In this document: one piece after another, positions 60,531 through 64,000 of the stretch
How the letters are laid out: each line of letters starts with the position of its first letter
How positions within the stretch are numbered: position 1 is the stretch's first letter
From: Macrostomum lignano
Lineage: Eukaryota
Direction: 5' to 3'
NCBI GenBank assembly: GCA_002269645.1
Contig: NIVC01004021.1
Coordinates: 1 to 64,000 of the forward strand
Length of the DNA stretch: 64,000 nucleotides
The notes under the pieces: generated by a model
Told to the model about the DNA's origin: nothing
The model's database searches: none
Seen by the model: only the letters and a program-made list of their open reading frames with translations
Translations under genes and position numbers: made by a program

Positions 60531-61407
60531 CCCCTTAATTGCTTTTACTTTTTTACTTACGTTTCAATCCAATTTACTTCCCAAGCCCTACAAGAATGCT
60601 CACCACTGTAAAAAAGTGCTGGGAAACTCTGCCTTTGCTCCTTTATTAATTATTAAATATGTGATGTCATTTCATATCATTAAATATTTTATGACTTTTT
60701 ACAAGACTGCAAGCAATATTAGTCTTGAAAAGGTGCTAATTTCACTCGTCAGCTGCTTGAGCCAAAACACAGATTTTGCATTTTGCATTGTCAATATTAT
60801 TTGCGCATTCGCAAGTGTCGTTGCCGATTGATGTCTTGCCGTACTTTGTAATAATAATAAAAAGATTTGCTGAACAAAACACGTATCGCACATAATTTAT
60901 GTTTTAAAGCGCTGCGTTGAAGCATTTTTATTTTATCATCTTTTTCACCTGGTAGATTATCTAAATAATGTAGTTATTATGTTTAAACAATCTCTCGATA
61001 GAGTTTAGTTGGCTATTTTGTAATCGTCATATACTACTTATAGCTCTCCGTTTATTTCATTAGAAATTCCATGTTTCATAGCATGCGAACGGAGTTTTTG
61101 GTATTAATAGTCCTACTGTGCTTATGAAAATGCTCATTTCTTATTGTTTATGCTTGTTTCTTTTTTCCCATTTTTACAGAAATTGTTTCTTTTCACCTAT
61201 TTGTGTTCTTGTGACAGCGTTCGTTTTATTTAACTCGCCGTGTTGTTAGATTTTTTCAGTCAATAAAATGCAAGTGTCAGGCGCGCTTTGTACAAGAAGA
61301 AATGTCTGACATTTTCAAACCTAGCATTAACTGCTGACTTCCATTCTTTTAATTTGTAGTGTTAAAAGCTGTGTATGAGTATGTATAGTTCCCATGGAAG
61401 TAAATAA

Positions 61408-62080
61408 ATGTCTATGGCAAATCTTGGCCATCCCATGGGGATAAATGAAAGCTGTCCATGTCTATGGCAAATCTTGGCCATTCATTTGGGTAAATGAGAG
61501 CTGTCAATGTCTATAGCAAATCTCGGCCATCCCATTGGATAACTGAGAGCTGTCAATGTCTATGGCAAATATTGGCCATCCCATAGGGTAACTGAGAGCT
61601 GTCAATGTCAATGGCAAATATTGGCTATCCCATTGGGTAAATGAGAGCTGTCAATGTCTATGGCAAATATTGGCCATCCCATGGGGATAAATGAGAGCTG
61701 TCAATGTCTATGGCAAATGTTGGCTATCCCATTGGGTAAATGAGAGTTGTCCAATCTTTATGGCAATTATTGGCTATCCCATTGGGTAAATGAGAGCTGT
61801 CAATGTCTATGGCAAATCTTGGCTATCCCATTGGGTAAATGAGATCTGTCAATGTCTATGGCAAAATTGGCCATCCCGTTGGGTAAAATGAGAGTTGTCA
61901 ATCTTTATGGCAAATATTGGCTATCCCATTGGGTAAATGAGAGCTGTCAATGTCTATGGCAAAATTGGCCATCCCGTTGGGTAAAATGAGAGTTGTCAAT
62001 CTTTATGGCAAATATTTGCTATCCCATTGGGTAAGTGAGAGCTGTCAATGTCTATGGCAAATATTGGCCATCCCATGGAT
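61408..62080. repeat. About 49-bp minisatellite ATGTCTATGGCAAATATTGGCCATCCCATTGGGTAAATGAGAGCTGTCA upstream of the dehydrogenase
   Basis: About 13 diverged tandem copies. Confidence 0.94.
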
Positions 62081-62349
62081 GATGTTGTAGAAATATTTTT
62101 ATCCTAGCCAATCTTATATGCCAAAAATTGGCAATTAATTTTAACAATAAGTGGAACTCAGATGGGATGTCAGCTTAGTTTTGGAGTAATTGGGTTTGGC
62201 CGCCCGATATTATTATAATTGACGTTTTTAGCTACCCTACTTGTAGTAGAAACACTAGAAAATGCCTGAGAGTAATATAAATATATAAAATAAATGTTAT
62301 TTAAAATTTGTCACGCCACAACAACTTGTTTGTCGGTGCCAGTCCGCAG

Positions 62350-63797
62350 ATGGCTGAGCTGCCCGGCCTGCTCATCCCCAAGCGGAGGCTTATTGTTGCC
62401 CGAATTCCTAGCCGAAGCTGGGCGCCATTTTCGCTTAGTGACAACTGACGAATTTGAGTCAGAGCCGCAGCGGCAGTGGCCGGAAATCTCGGCCGCTGTC
62501 ATCTGCGTGGTGGCCAATTATATTGATTGCCCGAAGTGCTGGATCGGCTGCCGAATTTGAAAATTGCAGCCAATCACGGCGTTGGAGTTGAGCACATCAA
62601 TCAGGAGATGTTTAGGTGAGAAATACACCTCAATCTGTTTATAAATCAATTTATGGATATTTTCGCTCCTCTAATGCCTGATTTAAATACCTCTATGCTT
62701 GTTTTGGTGCCTAGTACCTGTTTTGGTGCCCTAATGCCTGTTTTGGTGCCCTAATGCCTGTTTTGGTGCCCTAATGCCTGTTTTGGTGCCCTAATACCTG
62801 TTTTGGTGCCTTTCATGCCTCTGCATTTGAAATGAGCATCTCTCGGTAGTGCATTTCCGCGAAATGTCAGCCTTCAAAAAAGATTTTCTTAGAAATCAAG
62901 TTTCCCGTCTAGGTCTATCCCTGCATCCGTGAATTCTACTAGCCTGCTACTGATTCTCTCCTTGATAGTCCTGCTGCTACGGCACTGCCAGTTGTGTTTC
63001 CATCGTTTGTAAGAATTAGATAAATTCTCAAGAAAACTCTTATCTGCATTTTTATTTGCAGATCTCGCCGTATCCTAGTAACGCACACGCCCGGCGTTAT
63101 AGCCGAGTCCACCGCCGACGCCGCCCTGCTGCACATTCTGAACACGGCCCGCAGTCAGCGCCAGGTATTCGAACACATTCGCACCCCGGCCGGCCAGCAG
63201 CCCAGCTGGGGCGGTTCCGCTGTGCCGCTTGGCAACGACCTCGCCGGCGCCACCGTCGGCATCGTCGGCCTCGGCGCTATCGGCCGCTGCGTAGCACGCC
63301 GCTGCGGCCTGGGCTTCGGCTGCCGATTGTACTATTATCAGCGCCGCCGGGCCGAGCCGCAGCTCGAGTTGGAGCTCGGCGGCCAGCTGCAGTACTGCGC
63401 CAGCCTGGCCGACCTGCTGCCACGCTGCGATTTCGTAGTGCTGGCCTGTCCGCTCGGCCCGGACACGCGGCACATGATCAATGCCGACACTCTGCGGCTG
63501 ATGCGGTCGACTGCGACCCTCATCAATGTGGCCCGCGGCGGCCTCGTCGACACGGAGGCTCTGCTGACTGCCCTACGCTCCGGCGTCATCGCCGCTGCCG
63601 GGCTGGACGTCACCGAGCCGGAGCCGCTGCCGGCCGAGCATCCGCTGCTGTCCGACAGCCGGTTGAACGTCTGGGTGACGCCGCACTTTGGCACGCATAC
63701 GAGCCAGACTCGGCTGAGTATGCAGCGGCTCTGCTTGGACCAGATTCGCGACGCTTTGCGCGGACAAGTGCCACAGGCTGCCCTGTTTGAGCTATAG
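62350..63797 (+). CDS. D-isomer-specific 2-hydroxyacid dehydrogenase (glyoxylate/hydroxypyruvate or 2-ketogluconate reductase-like), 2 exons; exon 1 has two frameshifts in this sequence
   Basis: Exon 1 (62350-62615): MAELPGLLI...RHFRLVT...LPNLKIAANHGVGVEHI. Exon 2 (63062-63797): VTHTPGV, Rossmann motif GIVGLGAIG, DFVVLACPL, LINVARGGLVD (catalytic Arg), GLDVTEPEP (Glu) and VTPHFGT (His). Confidence 0.88.
62698..62812. repeat. 20-bp minisatellite TGTTTTGGTGCCCTAATGCC in the dehydrogenase intron
   Basis: 5-6 copies. Confidence 0.9.
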
Positions 63798-63889
63798 GCA
63801 TTGTTTATTGACGCGAGTGGTCAAGCCAATTTACCATAGAAACATACATTTTAGATTTCATGTAGCAACGGAATTTTTAACTTAAGAAA

Positions 63890-64000
63890 CTGGGATGGTA
63901 GCTTAGCAACTGCGTTGGCGGGTTAGCAACTGTGTTGGTAGCTTAGCAACTGTGTTGGTAGCTTAGCAACTGGGATGGTAGCTTAGCAACTGGGATGGTA
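63890..64000. repeat. 20-bp minisatellite GGTAGCTTAGCAACTG(GGAT/TGTT), running off the window end
   Basis: At least 5 copies. Confidence 0.9.

Overview
This is animal genomic DNA: spliced genes with GT/GC-AG introns, GC-rich Ala-rich exons, AT-rich introns and very many intronic minisatellites. The pattern suggests a free-living flatworm such as Macrostomum (inference, not verified). Six protein-coding genes are well supported. (1) An 18-exon thioester-containing protein (TEP/CD109/alpha-2-macroglobulin family) on the minus strand, 6283-19012, about 1520 aa, assembled by hand with consistent intron phases. (2) An intronless GT31 beta-1,3-glycosyltransferase. (3) beta-TrCP/Slimb. (4) MED17. 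(5) An intronless, divergent B-type cyclin. (6) A GRHPR/2-ketogluconate-reductase-like dehydrogenase whose first exon carries two compensating frameshifts. The probable long 5' intron of beta-TrCP holds a Mutator-type MITE with a 9-bp TSD and a Tc1/IS630-type element nested in a long-inverted-repeat mariner derivative. About 20 tandem arrays, nearly all with unrelated units, explain most of the long low-complexity ORFs in the track. I found no CRISPR array, tRNA or rRNA, and no evidence that the genes form one functional system. The best leads are: a C4A-like Asp in place of the catalytic His in the TEP; two GC-AG introns in that gene; minisatellites built from splice-site decoys; a tandem array of perfect RFX X-boxes; sharp CpG-depleted blocks; and the cyclin possibly nested in the intron of an unknown same-strand gene. 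All coordinates and counts were made by eye.
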